Source: Felis catus
Taxonomy: Eukaryota
Reading direction: 5' to 3'
DNA length: 64,000 bases
Assembly (NCBI RefSeq): GCF_018350175.1
Contig: NC_058369.1
Span: forward strand, 21,454,001 to 21,518,000
Part shown: in pieces, positions 39,739 through 52,179 of the stretch
Numbering within the stretch: the first letter of the stretch is position 1
Layout: each line of letters starts with the position of its first letter
Notes under the pieces: model-generated
What the model was told of the DNA's origin: nothing
Seen by the model: the letters and a program-made list of their open reading frames with translations, nothing else
The model's database searches: none
Position numbers and translations under genes: made by a program

Positions 39739-40479
39739 GATTAGAGGTCCCTAAAAGAAATCTTCAAATTTAACAAGGTAAAATCTTCCTCTGTATTAGG
39801 TCTCCCAAGTGACATCAGGGCTTGTAAAATTTAAGGAAGGGTAGGATCAGAATTTTGTCTTTGGGCAACAATGCCGTGACAAGGCTCCAAATTGGAAATT
39901 TCATCTTGTATGACTTTTTTTTTTTTTGGGGGGTGCAGTTTCACATGGGAGAAGATAAGCAATGAGAGGGAACAGGTGTTGTTTTGACAGTTCTGAGTGA
40001 GGCCCGCAGCCACCTCCTCTCCTGTTATTGATGCCTCCCAACCACCCAAGCTTCTGTGCTGCTCCCGGCAGACGCGAGGCGCGCTCTGGCTGCCCCCTGC
40101 CTGGAGCACTCTCATCCTGCGGTCTACATAGCTGGCTCTCTTGCTTCCTTTGGCTTGACACCTTGCACGAAGACCTCTCTAGCCATCTGTGAACAGCAAC
40201 CCACCCTAGCCTTCCTCACACCCCTACTTGGCTTAAGTTGCTTCGCTTTTCTCCACGGTACCTATCTCTATTTGTTCACTTGTTTATTATCTATCTCCCA
40301 CATTAAAATGTAAACTCAATGAGGACAGGAATTTTCTTTTTCTTTACTGTAGCATCCCAATCTCAGTGCTAGAACAGTGGTGGCACACAGTAGACACATA
40401 ATAAATACTTGCACACTGTATGAATGAATTACATATCCTATTCAATGCAACAGCTAATTTATATACATACTGTATGTGA

Positions 40480-40672
40480 AAGTTAGCAAACTTGGGCTTG
40501 TGGGCCAAATCTGGTTCATGGCCTCGAGCTAAAAATGGCTTTTCCATCTTTAAAAGTGTTTTTTAAAAAGTAAAAATAAAACTGAGAAGAATATGCAATA
40601 GAGATCATCTGACCAACAGCCTAAAATATTCATTATCTGGCCCTTTACAGAAACAGTTTGCATACCTCTGCT
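40480..40672. mobile_element. MER58-like hAT element
   Basis: gtgggccaaatctgg...gcctaaaatattcattatctggccctttacagaaacagtttgc. Confidence 0.75.
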
Positions 40673-40760
40673 ATAGGTGAAGGTCTGCAAAATAAAAACT
40701 TTCCAAGATATAAAGTATGGTCAGCTGCTATAGTTAACAAGTTTGAAAAACCTGACTCAC

Positions 40761-40936
40761 TATATTTGGTCTTTGTAAGCACAGAGCAGTTCTCAGAACA
40801 CTTGTCCAGAACCATCCGTGGGCCGAAGAGATTAGGACAGCACTCCAGTTTGATGCAGGTTTGCCGGCAGAACTCGGTCACCCGGTCCGCTGTCTTCACT
40901 ACCTCAACAGTAGCCCGGTAACTCTTTCCTTTGTAT
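40761..40936 (-). CDS. SFMBT1: SFMBT1 coding exon (about exon 17), end of SLED: YKGKSYRATVEVVKTADRVTEFCRQTCIKLECCPNLFGPRMVLDKCSENCSVLTKTKY
   Basis: cggcag|ATA ... TATA|gtgagt, 176 nt. Confidence 0.96.
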
Positions 40937-41663
40937 CTGCCGTGGAAGATGCCAGACACAAAGTTTACTGGGCTAGTGATTACCCAGAAAAAAATCAAGT
41001 GCATTCAAAGACCTGAAAAATATCTTTGCTTTTCAGAAGAGTCTATGCCCTTTACAGTCTGAGGATTCTGAATATGAGTTTATGCATATTGTACTTAAAT
41101 CAAATTTATCACTTAAGTAGCTATGACAGCTAAGCACTGAATTTTTATAGTAGCAAAAAAGACTCTTGTTTTCTAGTTCCTCAGTTTAAGGTTTTCACAT
41201 AGGTGCTTCTACACTAACTACTAAAAGCAAAGTGACTTCTAGGAAGTCTTTCTTTACCCTTGGGCAGTGATCCTCAGAGTGTGGTCATGGACCAGGTTGA
41301 CCTGCTAACTGTCCCCCATCCATGCATGGCAAGACCAGGTCAGAAAACAAGAGCAAATGTTTTTAAACTTTCACAGTAATTTGCGAAAGTAATTTTATGG
41401 CTCTTAAATCTAAAAACAAATTATTTTTGCGTTCTATGTTCTTTCAATTTCCTATTTCTTACACCTCATTTTTACCGTATTTTATAACAGTGCTGGCCTA
41501 CAACAGGATAGAAACTTAAAAAAGAAAACAAACCTGGTCCTTCACCACAAACAGTTGAAGAACTGTCTGAGGGAACATAACTACTCTAACATTATTCATG
41601 AAAGAAGGAATTCTATGGCCCATTAAAGACAAACAAGAATAAAGGGCAGAAAAGTCTACTCAC

Positions 41664-41773
41664 TTGGCTTTTAGGACCTCCCCACATCCATGCCACACAG
41701 AGTCTTTGTCTAGCTGCAGCTCCCGAAGGACACGACTGGGTTTATAGGCTGCATTGATAAGTAAAGTGAGGAC
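41664..41773 (-). CDS. SFMBT1: SFMBT1 coding exon (about exon 16): [37 protein letters not shown]
   Basis: gcacag|GTC ... CAA|gtgagt, 110 nt. Confidence 0.95.
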
Positions 41774-42436
41774 CTGTGCTCCGTTTTTAAAGCCGAAATA
41801 CAGGTTGGGAATGAGAAAAGCAGACCATTAGAATCTTGCTATCCCCCAGAATGTCATTTAGGAGATCACACCCTCTTAGACCTTCAAAACATTATTATGG
41901 TCAGGAAGAAATAGGCACCATGAATTAAAAACTACTCTGGCATATGCTTCTAAATCCTTTGCCAGTCATGGTACACACAGAAGCTCGGCCTCCCCAGACC
42001 CTGCCCTGCCATCCCACGGACTAAAAATCCCAAGTCTTTTTAGCTGTTGTGCGCAGCGCGCGGCGGCTGGCTGGAAAGCTCAGGAGGTACAGCCGGCGAG
42101 CAGCTGTCTCATGGTCCCTGTGAGCGCCACACAGCCTCTGACTCCCAGACGATGCCCCTGCTCATCCTTGCATAGCGCTCAGGTGGCCTCTGACAAAAGA
42201 CCTGTCTATGCTGGCAGAGGTGAACCTGCTGCTGTATGTGGAGAAATGCTTAGGTGATATTCCCTCGGAAGCAAAAGTAATGATGTGTCTGGTTTGTGGA
42301 ACAATACATAAAAAGAGTGAGCTGCTTCCAATAACCCCAGAGTTGCCACATTTATGGAGGGCGGACTCCTGTGTACACGAGTCTCTGAGGCTGCTGTGAA
42401 ATCCCCAAGTTCTCTAGCCCGAGGCAAGAATCTCAC

Positions 42437-42576
42437 CTCTCGGAGGACTAGAACACAGTTCCCAGGTCCTACACATTGAGGCAGCTCAGCGATTCTTCCT
42501 TTGTTCAGATATGGCCCTGAGAAGCAACGGTGGTTGAAGTATATCTTTGGACAGCAGTATTTTCCATTGATCATAA
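42437..42576 (-). CDS. SFMBT1: SFMBT1 coding exon (about exon 15), start of SLED domain: [47 protein letters not shown]
   Basis: ccccag|TT ... GAG|gtgaga, 140 nt. Confidence 0.96.
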
Positions 42577-43399
42577 CTGGGGAGTGAAGAGAAATGAATG
42601 TTTACAATGGTCATTTTCCACTCTGTCTTTCCAAAATTGGGTTACTGGGGGGGGGGAGGGGGCGGGGAGGGGAACAAGCTTATCCACCATTACATATTCT
42701 GAAGCTTAGGGTTGTCTGAGTGCGCCTTGAAATGCCTTATCCTTATGACAGCTCCATCGCGGAGCTTATCCCTCTGCCCACATCAAGCACTGACCTGAAT
42801 TATCTGCAGATTACCTTCAGGGTTAATTCAACACTGTTCCAGAGTCCCACATGGCTATCAATAAAGGAAGTGAAGGACTGACTTTAAGAACCCATGGTGA
42901 TTCTTGATGATCAGCTACTCAATAATCTATTTTGGAAAAGTTCTAGACAGTGATAGTGAATCTTTTCCAAAACTACAGTTTGTCCCCTTAAAACCCACCA
43001 AACTAGCATGTTGGCAATGTTCTTTCCATGAGGTGGATACCCTCCCATGTCTGGGACTCCTCAGAGGGCTGAAAGTGTACTATGAACACATCTCTAAGTT
43101 CTTTAAGTACCGTGGGGTCTAAGTGTGCCTAGAGACCCCTCTTCAACTATTTTTCTGTGTGAATGCTATACTTCAATGTAATGGTTTTTTATTCCCTCAT
43201 CATGGTTGTCAATTCCGCTAATAAATAGGAGAGACTCAAAGACACTAGCGAATCTTCCTCTCCACATAAAACGGAGAGAAGCCCTGCTGATGGACACCGG
43301 TGGGGAAAGGGCACGTGAGCACTGCCCACTGCTGACGGGATCCTGAAGCACACAACGCTCCCTGCGGAACTAAGGATGTGGTCTTGGCACAGAGATCAG

Positions 43400-43870
43400 C
43401 AGGTCTGTGCCCCCTTCTCCACCTGAACTATGCCACCCACATCCCCCTCTTCAGGATTAAGGCCCATACGCTCCCCGCTGCTGGCAGTGTTGGCAGCTTA
43501 TGGCTTTCAGCTGTAAGGCATCCCAGAATTACCCTCTGCCTACCCTCTCACTAGGAGGCACCCTGCCCAAAGTCCCACTCTATGTGAGTGGGCAGGGAGC
43601 AGCAGCCCACTTCTAACCACTGACCAAAGAGGGAGTACAAAGGTGTGGCCACCACCCCTCAATTAGGGACAACTCCAAGTGGCCACGCCAGCTAAAAGGC
43701 TCCCCCGCGGGCTGGAAGAAACTTCTGTTACATCCGCACTGCAACTCAACTTCTCCCTCTGCCCAATCCTGCTTCCTTTACCTTCCCGCACCCTGGAGCT
43801 GTTCCCAAAAAGCACTGCCCAGTGAAACTCCTGCATGCAAATACCAGTCTGACTGTTTCCAAGGTAACCA
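43400..43870 (+). mobile_element. ERVL (LTR16-like) solo LTR
   Basis: caacttctccctctgcccaatcctgcttcct...aactcctgcatgcaaa resembles LTR16 3' sequence. Confidence 0.55.
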
Positions 43871-44009
43871 GAACAATGACAAAACGCAAACCAAAAAGAA
43901 CATGGCTGAGGTCACTTGAGAAATATTAATGTCTTAATCCTAGAATTTTAGTAGGCATTAGAATAGCCAGTAGTGCATCAAAATTAAAGAGTTACCTTAC
44001 CTTTTGATA

Positions 44010-45228
44010 CCAAATCAAAACCACAATGAGATATTACCTCATTAGAGATACCTGTTAGAATGGCTATTAGCAAAAAGACAAATAAAAAGTGTGGGGGCAC
44101 CGGGCTGGCTCAGTTGGTAGAGCATGCGACGCTTGATCTTGGGGTTGTAAGTTCCAGCCCCACAAAGGGTATAGAAATCACTTAAAAATAAAATCTTAAA
44201 AAAATGAAAAGAAATAACAAGTGTTGACAAGGTGGTGGAGAAAAGAGAACACTGGTACACCATTAGAATGTAAATTGGTACAGCCACTAGGAAAAAGCGT
44301 ATCGAGGTTCCTCAAAAAGTTAAAAATTGAACTATCATATGATCCAGCAATTCCACTTTGGTTGGAATTTAACTGAAAGAAACAAAAATACTAACTTGAA
44401 AGGACATCTGCACCTACTGCTGCCATGTTCAGTGCAGCACTATTTACCACAGTCAAGGCAATGGAAGCAACCTAAGTGTCCATGGATAGATGAATGGACA
44501 CAGAGTGGAATATTATTCAGCCATTTAAAAAAAGGAAGTCCTGGGACACCTGGGTGGCTCAGTCGGTTAAGCGACCAACTCTTGATTTTGGCTCGGATCG
44601 TGATCAAGCCCCACGTCAGGCTCTATGCTGACAGTGTGGAGCCTGCTTGAGATTCTCTCCCTCCTCTACCCCTTCCCTGCTCATAAGCACGTGCGCTCTC
44701 TCTCAAAATAATTAAAAATGCAAAAAAAAGGAAGTCTTGCCATTTGTGACACCATGAACAGACCCTGAGTTCACTCCCTAAGTGAAATAATTCAGAAAAA
44801 GACAAATATCATATGATGTCACTTGAATGTGGGATCTAAACAACAACAACAACAACAACAAAGCCATAACTCACAGATACAGAGAACAGTCTGGTGGTTG
44901 CCAGAGCAGGGGCAGGGAGTGGGCGAAACGGGTGAAGGGGGCCAAAAGGTACAACCCTCCCGTTATAAAATATAAATAAGTCCTGGGGAATGTAATGTGC
45001 AGCATGGTGAGTGTAGTAATACTCCCATGTATTGTACGTTTGCATGTTGCTAAGAGAGCAGATCTTAAAAGTTCTCATCACAAGAAAAAAAATGTATAAT
45101 ATGTGGTGGTAGGTATTAACTAGATTTTCTGTGGTGATCATTTTGTAATATATGTAAATATCATATCACTATGTTGCACTGCTAAAACTAATATAATGTT
45201 ATATGTCACTTTTATCTCAATAAAAAAG
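44010..45228 (+). mobile_element. L1 3' end (L1MA/MB-type) interrupted by two SINEs (about 44095-44205 and 44543-44730)
   Basis: caaatcaaaaccacaatgagata, atggaagcaacctaagtgtcca, terminal tatctcaataaaaaa. Confidence 0.85.
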
Positions 45229-45585
45229 TGGGTAATTTTTAAAAAGATATTCACTAATGCTATTCTGCTGGGTACTCAAAAGATACCATTATGGTCAAGT
45301 AAGAGTTACCCTAGCAAGCAACAGAAGGATGATTCAACATTAGGAAAAAAAATCTACCACTGAAATGCACCACATTAATAAGCTTAGACAGAAAAATCAT
45401 ATGATCATCCAATGCTAAGGAAAAATTATTTTGTAAATGTGAGCATGTGTTTATGACCAAGGTTCCTAGAAAACCAGAAATAGAAAGGAACTTCTTTAGC
45501 AATTACATGCCAGTCACCTATTTAATAGGGAAAGATTAAATACCTTCCCTTTAATATTATGAATAGGGGTACCTGGGTGGCTCAG

Positions 45586-46080
45586 TCAGTTAAGCGTCCG
45601 ACTTCAGCTCAGGTCATGATCTCATGGGTCACAAGTTCAAGCCCCATGTTGGGCTCTGTGTGGACAGCTCAGAGCCTGGAGCCTACTTTGGATTCTGTGT
45701 CTCCCTCTCTCTCTGCCCCTCTCCCACTCATGCTCTGTCTCTCTCTCTCTCTTTCAAAAATAAACAAACATTAAAAAAAAAAATCAAAAACAGTATTATG
45801 AAATAAAACAATAGTGCCACTATCACCAGGCCTGTTAAACACAGGGAAAAGTCGGGGCACCTGGGTGGCTCAGCTGGTTAAGCGTTCGACTTTAGCTCAG
45901 GTTATGATCTCACGGTTTGTGAGTTCAAGCCCGGTCCCGGGCTCTGTGCTGACAGCTCCGAGCCTGCAGCCTACTTTGGATTCTGTGTCTCCTTCTCTCT
46001 CTGTCCCTCCCCCACTTGTACTCTGTCTCTCTCTGTCTCTCAAAAATAAATAAGTATAAAAAAAATTAAAAAAAAAAAAA
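45586..46080 (+). mobile_element. Two tandem Can-SINEs (45586-45782 and 45854-46080)
   Basis: Two full heads and tails. The second is flanked by aaacacagggaaaagtc. Confidence 0.88.
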
Positions 46081-46616
46081 CACAGGGAAAAGTCTCATAA
46101 GGAGCTATCAGAAAATAAAAGTAAGCAAGTATAGCAAACTGGTTATTATACTAAAGTTAATTACTTTTTTATGTGTAAGTGACATAATGAGAAGGCAGTG
46201 GGTGGAAGAGACAAAAGTGTGTGTTTTGAACCAAGAAAGATCCAAGTTGTATTTTTGACCCATCTATATTCATAAAGCTGTGTGGCCTCTCTGAGCTTTG
46301 ATTTCTTTTCTAAGCATTTACTAAATACCATCCAAATGCATAATCTGTGCTAGAATACACACAGCCAAGATGCTAAGCATACAACAAGCAAAGGTGGAGC
46401 CAAGAACAATTCCAAGGAGAGACCCCCTGACAACAGGCTTTGGCCTCCAGCAATGATTCTTGTTTCATTTATCAGGCATTGCCTCTGGGACAGTCTGTTT
46501 TTCCAGCGCTGTTTTTTAATTGTGAAATATATACACACAACCTGTATCACAAAAAAGGTTTAAAGAACAATAAACATCTACCTCCCAACCACACAGCTTA
46601 AGAAAGTGCACTGCCT

Positions 46617-46832
46617 GGGGGCGCCTGGGTGGCGTCAGACTTCGGCTCAGGTCATGATCTCACAGTTCGTGAGTTCGAGCCTCGCGTCGGGCTCTGTGAT
46701 GACAGCTCAGAGCCTGGAGCCTGCTTCACGTTCTGTGTCTCCCTCTCTCTCTGCCCCTTCCCTGCTCATGCTCTGTCTCCCTCTGTCTCAAAAATAAATA
46801 AACATTAAAAAAAAATTAATTAAAAAAAAAAA
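46617..46832 (+). mobile_element. Can-SINE with internal deletion and TSD
   Basis: TSD aagaaagtgcactgcctgg on both sides. Confidence 0.88.
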
Positions 46833-47032
46833 AGAAAGTGCACTGCCTGGAAAGCCTCTGGTTCTTTATCTAAACTCAGGAACGAGAATATTGACCTCCA
46901 GCGACCTTGGCACCCAAGTGATCAGCAGAGAATAGTTATAAGTGGACAGAAATATCATCCCAGAGATAGTTATTAAACTAGATACATCTTGGACAATTAT
47001 AAGTCTTTAAAGTCACAACTAAGAGAACCCTC

Positions 47033-47770
47033 GAGGCATCTGGATGGTTCAGTCGGTTAAGTGTCTGACTTTGGCTCAGGTCGTGATCTCACAGTTTGTG
47101 GGTTCGAGCACCGCCATCGGGGCTCTGTGCTGACAGCTCAAAGCCTGGAGCCTGCTTCAGATTCTGTCTCTGTCTCTCTCTGTCCCTCCCCCACTCACAC
47201 TCTTTCTCTCAAAAATAAACAAGCAAAAAAAAAATAAAATAAAAAAAAAGAGAACCCTCTATGGGGGTGCCTGGGTGGCTCAGTCAGTTAAGTGTCTGAC
47301 TTCGGCTCAGGTCATGATCTCACGGTTTGTGAGGTCATCATGCTCTGCACTGACGGTGCAGAGCCTGCCTGTGATCCCCTCTCTCTGCCCCTCTCCCACT
47401 CTCTCTCAAAATAAATAAATAAAAAAAAAAGGGCCCCCTCTATGAAGCTACATTTTGGGGGCACCTAGCTGGCTCAGTCAGTAGAGCATGCAACTCTTGA
47501 TCGCAGGGTTGTGAGTTCAAGCACCAGGCTGGGTGTAGCAATTACTTAAAAATAAAACCTTGGGGTGCTCAGTTGGTCAAGCACTTACTCTTGATTTCAG
47601 CTCAGGTCATGATCTCACAGTGGTGAGATCGAGCCCCGAGTCAGGCTCAGTGTGGAGTATGGAGCCTGCTTGGGATTCTCTCTCTCTGCCTCTCCCCTGC
47701 TCGTGCTTGCTCTCTCTCTCAAAATAAATAAAATCAAGAAATAAATTAACTAAAATCTTAAAAAAAAAAG
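47033..47770 (+). mobile_element. Cluster of four adjacent or nested Can-SINEs
   Basis: Heads at about 47033, 47264, 47457 and 47562, with overlapping TSDs. Confidence 0.85.
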
Positions 47771-47869
47771 TATGAAGCTACATCCTATAAATCAAATGTA
47801 TTGTTTAAGATACAGCCCATTAGAAGAAAATAAAGGTCCACCTTCCCATAAGACTGCATACACTTATAC

Positions 47870-47934
47870 CTGAGTCTGTGGAGTTCAGCTCCTGATTCTT
47901 CAGGCCCTCATGGACAGTCCTGGAGGATGGTATT
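47870..47934 (-). CDS. SFMBT1: SFMBT1 coding exon (about exon 14): IPSSRTVHEGLKNQELNSTDS
   Basis: actcag|AAT ... TCAG|gtataa, 65 nt. Confidence 0.92.
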
Positions 47935-48584
47935 CTGAGTCAAGATAACACAACAAAATAGTGAGATAATCCTTACGGTCAGTAAAGTTTGAGGGTTAGT
48001 TTCCTTAAAATCTAAGAAGAAAGCAAATGTGGCAGATTGCAAAATGTGTAACAGAAGGTGCTTCCCTGCTCATATTTTTTTTTTAACAATTGTTTTTAAA
48101 ACTATGTACATGGTTTAATGAGCCAGCAGACAGTCTGCAGACAGTGCTGTAATACTTCATATTTAAATCAACTTTTTTTCATTCATGTGAACAACAAATT
48201 ATAGAATTCCTTCTGGAATTCTCAAACCATAAGTAAATTGTTCATTTTTTTCAATAGTCAAAGAACAAACACATTTCTTACAAGGGTCTGTTTTCTTCTT
48301 TTATTAGTTTCAAAATTAAAGACAAATTATGTTTTACAAATCAGAGAATTATTCTATATGCACCAATCAATGAAAAAGGCTGATTTATCTTTTTGGGAAT
48401 ACTTTCTGACTAAAACTCTGGATCCGTCTTGGCAACTAAGTCAAGGAGAAGTCCGGGGCCGGATTTTTGACACTGCTATCTCACTTCTCTGCCTGGGACT
48501 GAAGTCTGTGGCCTTTCTCTCCACTTCTGCTGTCCGTTTTATTACTCACACCGTCACAGAAACAGCCATAACTTACAGAGAATC

Positions 48585-48912
48585 TGCTATAGATTGAATT
48601 GTATCCCCTTAAAATTCACTTGTTGTGTCTCTTAGCCCCACTGTGACTGTGTCTGGAGATAGAACGCTTATGAGGTAAATAAAGGCAGGACTCTGATCTA
48701 GGAGGGCTGGCTCTCCCTTCCAGCTGGTGCCACCATGTGAGGATGCATGGGAAGCTGGCAGTCTGTAGGGAGAGCCAAGCCAGGAATGGAATCAGGCTGG
48801 CACTTTGATCTCGGACTTCCCAGCCTGCACAACTGGGAGAAAATAAATTTCTGTTGTTTGAGCCATCCAGTCCATGGTATTCTGCTATGGCAGCTTGAGC
48901 AAACTAATATAG
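48585..48912 (+). mobile_element. MaLR (MLT1A/B-type) solo LTR
   Basis: tgctatagattgaattgtatcccc start, cagcctgcacaactgggagaaaataaatttctgttgttt...aactaatata end. Confidence 0.8.
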
Positions 48913-49456
48913 ACTTGAAAACCCAGCATCTGGAAACACGCATGTATGTGTATTTTTAAGGCACCACTAATTAAATAAATGCCTCCCAAAAGCTGTGTAT
49001 GAAGGTATGCTACAAAGGGTTCCCCATGGGACACCAAGTCACCCCTTTGAGTGCACTTTTCTTATAGGGCTGCTGTCTTCCACCTCAAGGTTTTTTTCAC
49101 TGTGACAAGTCATATCCTAATTTATAATTTCTGTTCTTCCATAACAAATAACAACACAGAGATTCTATTTCCTCTCTTATTCAAATGCCTTCAGGCTTTA
49201 AAAGCCAAAGAAGACCCAACGGGGGGAACATCTTGAGAAGGCATTTTACCCTTTTGTATACAATGCCATTTTAGAGAACATATATGCTGTAAGGAAAAAT
49301 ATGTAACCTAACAGAAGCTGAATTAAAGAATTATGCTTCCACCTGAGAAAATAACACATGAGATACACTCTCTGAAATAGTGATTTCTTTTTCTAGATAT
49401 TCTAATTTTCAAATGTCAATTATTTAAACATACTGTTATACTATTCTATTACTTAC

Positions 49457-49499
49457 TGTTTTTCTGGTTGAACCACTGCAATTTTCCTCTGTTTCTGGA
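49457..49499 (-). CDS. SFMBT1: SFMBT1 small coding exon (about exon 13): VQKQRKIAVVQPEKQ
   Basis: cttacag|TC ... AACA|gtaagt, 43 nt. Phase fits both neighbours. Confidence 0.92.
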
Positions 49500-49787
49500 C
49501 TGTAAGAAGAAAACAAAACTATAAATGTCAAGAAAAACAAACAGACAAAAGAACAGTTTCTATATGTATTAAGCTAACATTAGCACATTTAAAAACCTGG
49601 TCATTGTGTATATTTAACTAGTAAGTACTATGAATTAAGTGCTGATATGTCTGAATATCTAGACTGAGGCACATTTTCTGGGTACGAAGAGTCTTTATAC
49701 AAAGACCAAAAATAATATTTTCAAGGCTCACAAGTCAGTTGACTCCTATGAATATTTTCTACACAGGAAAAGATATTCAAAAGAAAA

Positions 49788-51310
49788 ACTGATTTCAGCA
49801 AGGATGCCAGGACCATTCAATGGGACAAGTACAACCTTTCCAACAAATAGTGCTGGGAAAACTGACTACTCACAGTAATGAAGTTGGACTCTTACCTTAC
49901 ACACCATATACAAAAATTAACTCAAAATGGATCAAAGACCTAAACATAAAGGCTAAAACTATAAAACTCTTAGAAGACAACATAGGGAAAATCTTTCATG
50001 ACATCAGATTTGGCAATGATTTTCTAGATATGACACCAAAAGCACAGATGACAAAAGAAAAAATAAATTGGACTACATTAAGAGTTAAAACTCCTGTGCG
50101 TTGAGAGAGAGAGAAAAGGCAACCCACAGGATGGGGAGAAAATATTTGCAAGTCACATATCTGATAACGAAGGTATTAATATCTAGAATATGTAACAAAA
50201 TCCTACAACTCAACAACACAACAAAAAACAATTAAAAAATGGGCAAAAGACTTGAACAGACATTCCTCCGAAGAAGATATACCAATGTCCGATAAGCACA
50301 TGAAAAGATACTCAACATTGCTGATGATCAGGGAAGTACAACTCAAGACCCCAGTAAGATACCACCCTACATCTACCAGCATGGCTATTATAAAACACAA
50401 ATAAAAAACTCAGAAAGTAACAAGGGTTGGGGTAGTGAGAAGAAAGGAGAATCCCTGTACACTGTTGGTGGGGATATAAGATGGTGCAGCCACTTCAGCA
50501 AAACAGTCTAAAACAGTTCCTCAGAGTGTTAAACTCAGAGTTATACTCGAGAAATGAAAACATGTGTCCACATAAAAACCTGTACACAAATGTTCACAGC
50601 TGCATTTTTCTTTTTTTTTTTTTTTTAATTTTTTTTTTTCGACGTTTTTTATTTTTTATTTTTGGGACAGAGAGAGACAGAGCATGAACGGGGGAGGGGC
50701 AGAGAGAGAGGGAGACACAGAATCGGAAACAGGCTCCAGGCTCCGAGCCATCAGCCCAGAGCCTGACGCGGGGCTCGAACTCACGGACCGCGAGATCGTG
50801 ACCTGGCTGAAGTCGGACGCTTAACCGACTGCGCCACCCAGGCGCCCCCACAGCTGCATTTTTCATAATGACTTAGGAACGGAAACCAACCCAAATGGCC
50901 ACTGACTGATGCCTGGATAAAGAAAATGCAGCATATCACTACCATGGAACAGTATTAAAACCTATGAAGGAACGCAGTACTGAGAACACATTGCCACATG
51001 GATGAACTCTGAAAACATCATGCTGAGCAAAGGAAGCCAGTCATAAAAGATCATACATCATTTGGTTCCACAGGAAATGTCCAGAACAGGCAAATCTATA
51101 TAGGAGAAAACAGTAGAGAAGTAGCTACCTAGGGCTGGGGGGACAAAGAGGTGACTGCCAAGGGGTACAGGGTTTCTTTCTGAGATGATGAAAATATTGT
51201 CAAATTTACTGCAGTGATAGTTGTACAACTCAATGAGCGTACTAAAAACCACTAAATAACAGGATCAAATTTTATGTTACGTAAATGCTATCCCAATAGA
51301 GCTGTTTTTA
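49788..51310 (+). mobile_element. L1 (L1MB-type) ORF2 3' part and 3'UTR, degenerate
   Basis: Translation [28 protein letters not shown] is L1 ORF2. Interrupted by stops and a SINE. Confidence 0.9.
50611..50848 (-). mobile_element. Very young SINEC_Fc-type element with perfect TSD
   Basis: CpG-rich body, long tail, TSD cacagctgcatttttc at 50595-50610 and 50849-50864. Confidence 0.94.
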
Positions 51311-51319
51311 AAAGGGTGG

Positions 51320-51515
51320 TGGGTGCCTGGGTGGCTCAGTCAGTTAAGTGTCCGACTCTTGATTTCGGCTCAGGTCGTGATCTCGCGGTTCGTGGGTTTG
51401 AGCCCCGCGGAGGGTTCTGCATAGACAGTGCAGAGTCTGCTTGGGATTCTGTCTCCCTTTCTCTCTGCCCTTTCCCTGCTTGGGCGCGCTCACTCGCTCT
51501 CAAAAATAAACAAAC
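51320..51515 (+). mobile_element. Can-SINE
   Basis: gggtgcctgggtggctcag head and tail. Confidence 0.87.
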
Positions 51516-51519
51516 TTTA

Positions 51520-51902
51520 TGGGATGGGATGTCACTTTTAAGATTAGGTTACAAAAACACCCTGGCTTCTACCTTCTTCAACCTTGCTCTGTTCCCTGGC
51601 TGGTTCTGATGGAAGCCAACTGCTCTGCTGCGGGCTCCCCGACGAAGAGGTCCACATGGCAAGAAACTGAGGGAAGACTCCCACCAACAGCCAGTGAGGA
51701 CCTGAGGCCCTCAGTCCAAAAGCCACGAGGAAGTGAGTCTTGTTAACAACCATCTGAGTACACTTGATGGCAGAGCCTCCCTGCCTTGAGCCCTAAGATG
51801 ACTGGGGTCCTGGCTGACACCCTGACTGCAGGCTCATAAGGGGGCTGGATCCAAAGCAGCCAGCTACGTTGTGCCTACATTCCTGACCCACAGAAACTGT
51901 TC
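51520..51902 (+). mobile_element. MaLR (MLT1-type) LTR fragment
   Basis: agaggtccacatggcaagaaactgaggg...cctgacccacagaaactgt. Confidence 0.7.
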
Positions 51903-52065
51903 AAGCAATCCAGGCAGGTTGCAATAAGTGATTTCCCTATGTAGGAATAAACAATCAGAACACCACTCTGCTTTTCTCTGAAATGTCCACATTCATCCTA
52001 ATTGATGGCAGCCCCACGACAGATTATTTAACAATCAACCCCTTGGCCCAGAAATAGACCACTAC

Positions 52066-52179
52066 CTCGTGCTCGGCGAGGGGCGCTGAGGGGATGGCCA
52101 TTGGTTTCACACCAGCCCAAAGGAAATATATCCATGGATTCCACACTCACAATACATTCAGGTATGGGCTTCTGAGAAC
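52066..52179 (-). CDS. SFMBT1: SFMBT1 coding exon (about exon 12): [38 protein letters not shown]
   Basis: aaacag|GT ... CGAG|gtagtg, 114 nt. Contains the IFPLGWC MBT motif. Confidence 0.95.

Noticed and set aside
42040..42180. Small CpG-rich patch in an SFMBT1 intron
   Set aside because: Too short for a CpG island and has no clear motif or ORF.
44095..44205. tRNA-like sequence with A and B boxes (also at 47457)
   Set aside because: tRNA-derived head of a short Can-SINE followed by an A-rich tail, with no intact acceptor stem.
49820..50104. ORF resembling reverse-transcriptase element protein
   Set aside because: Degenerate L1 ORF2 fragment that is interrupted and cannot be autonomous.
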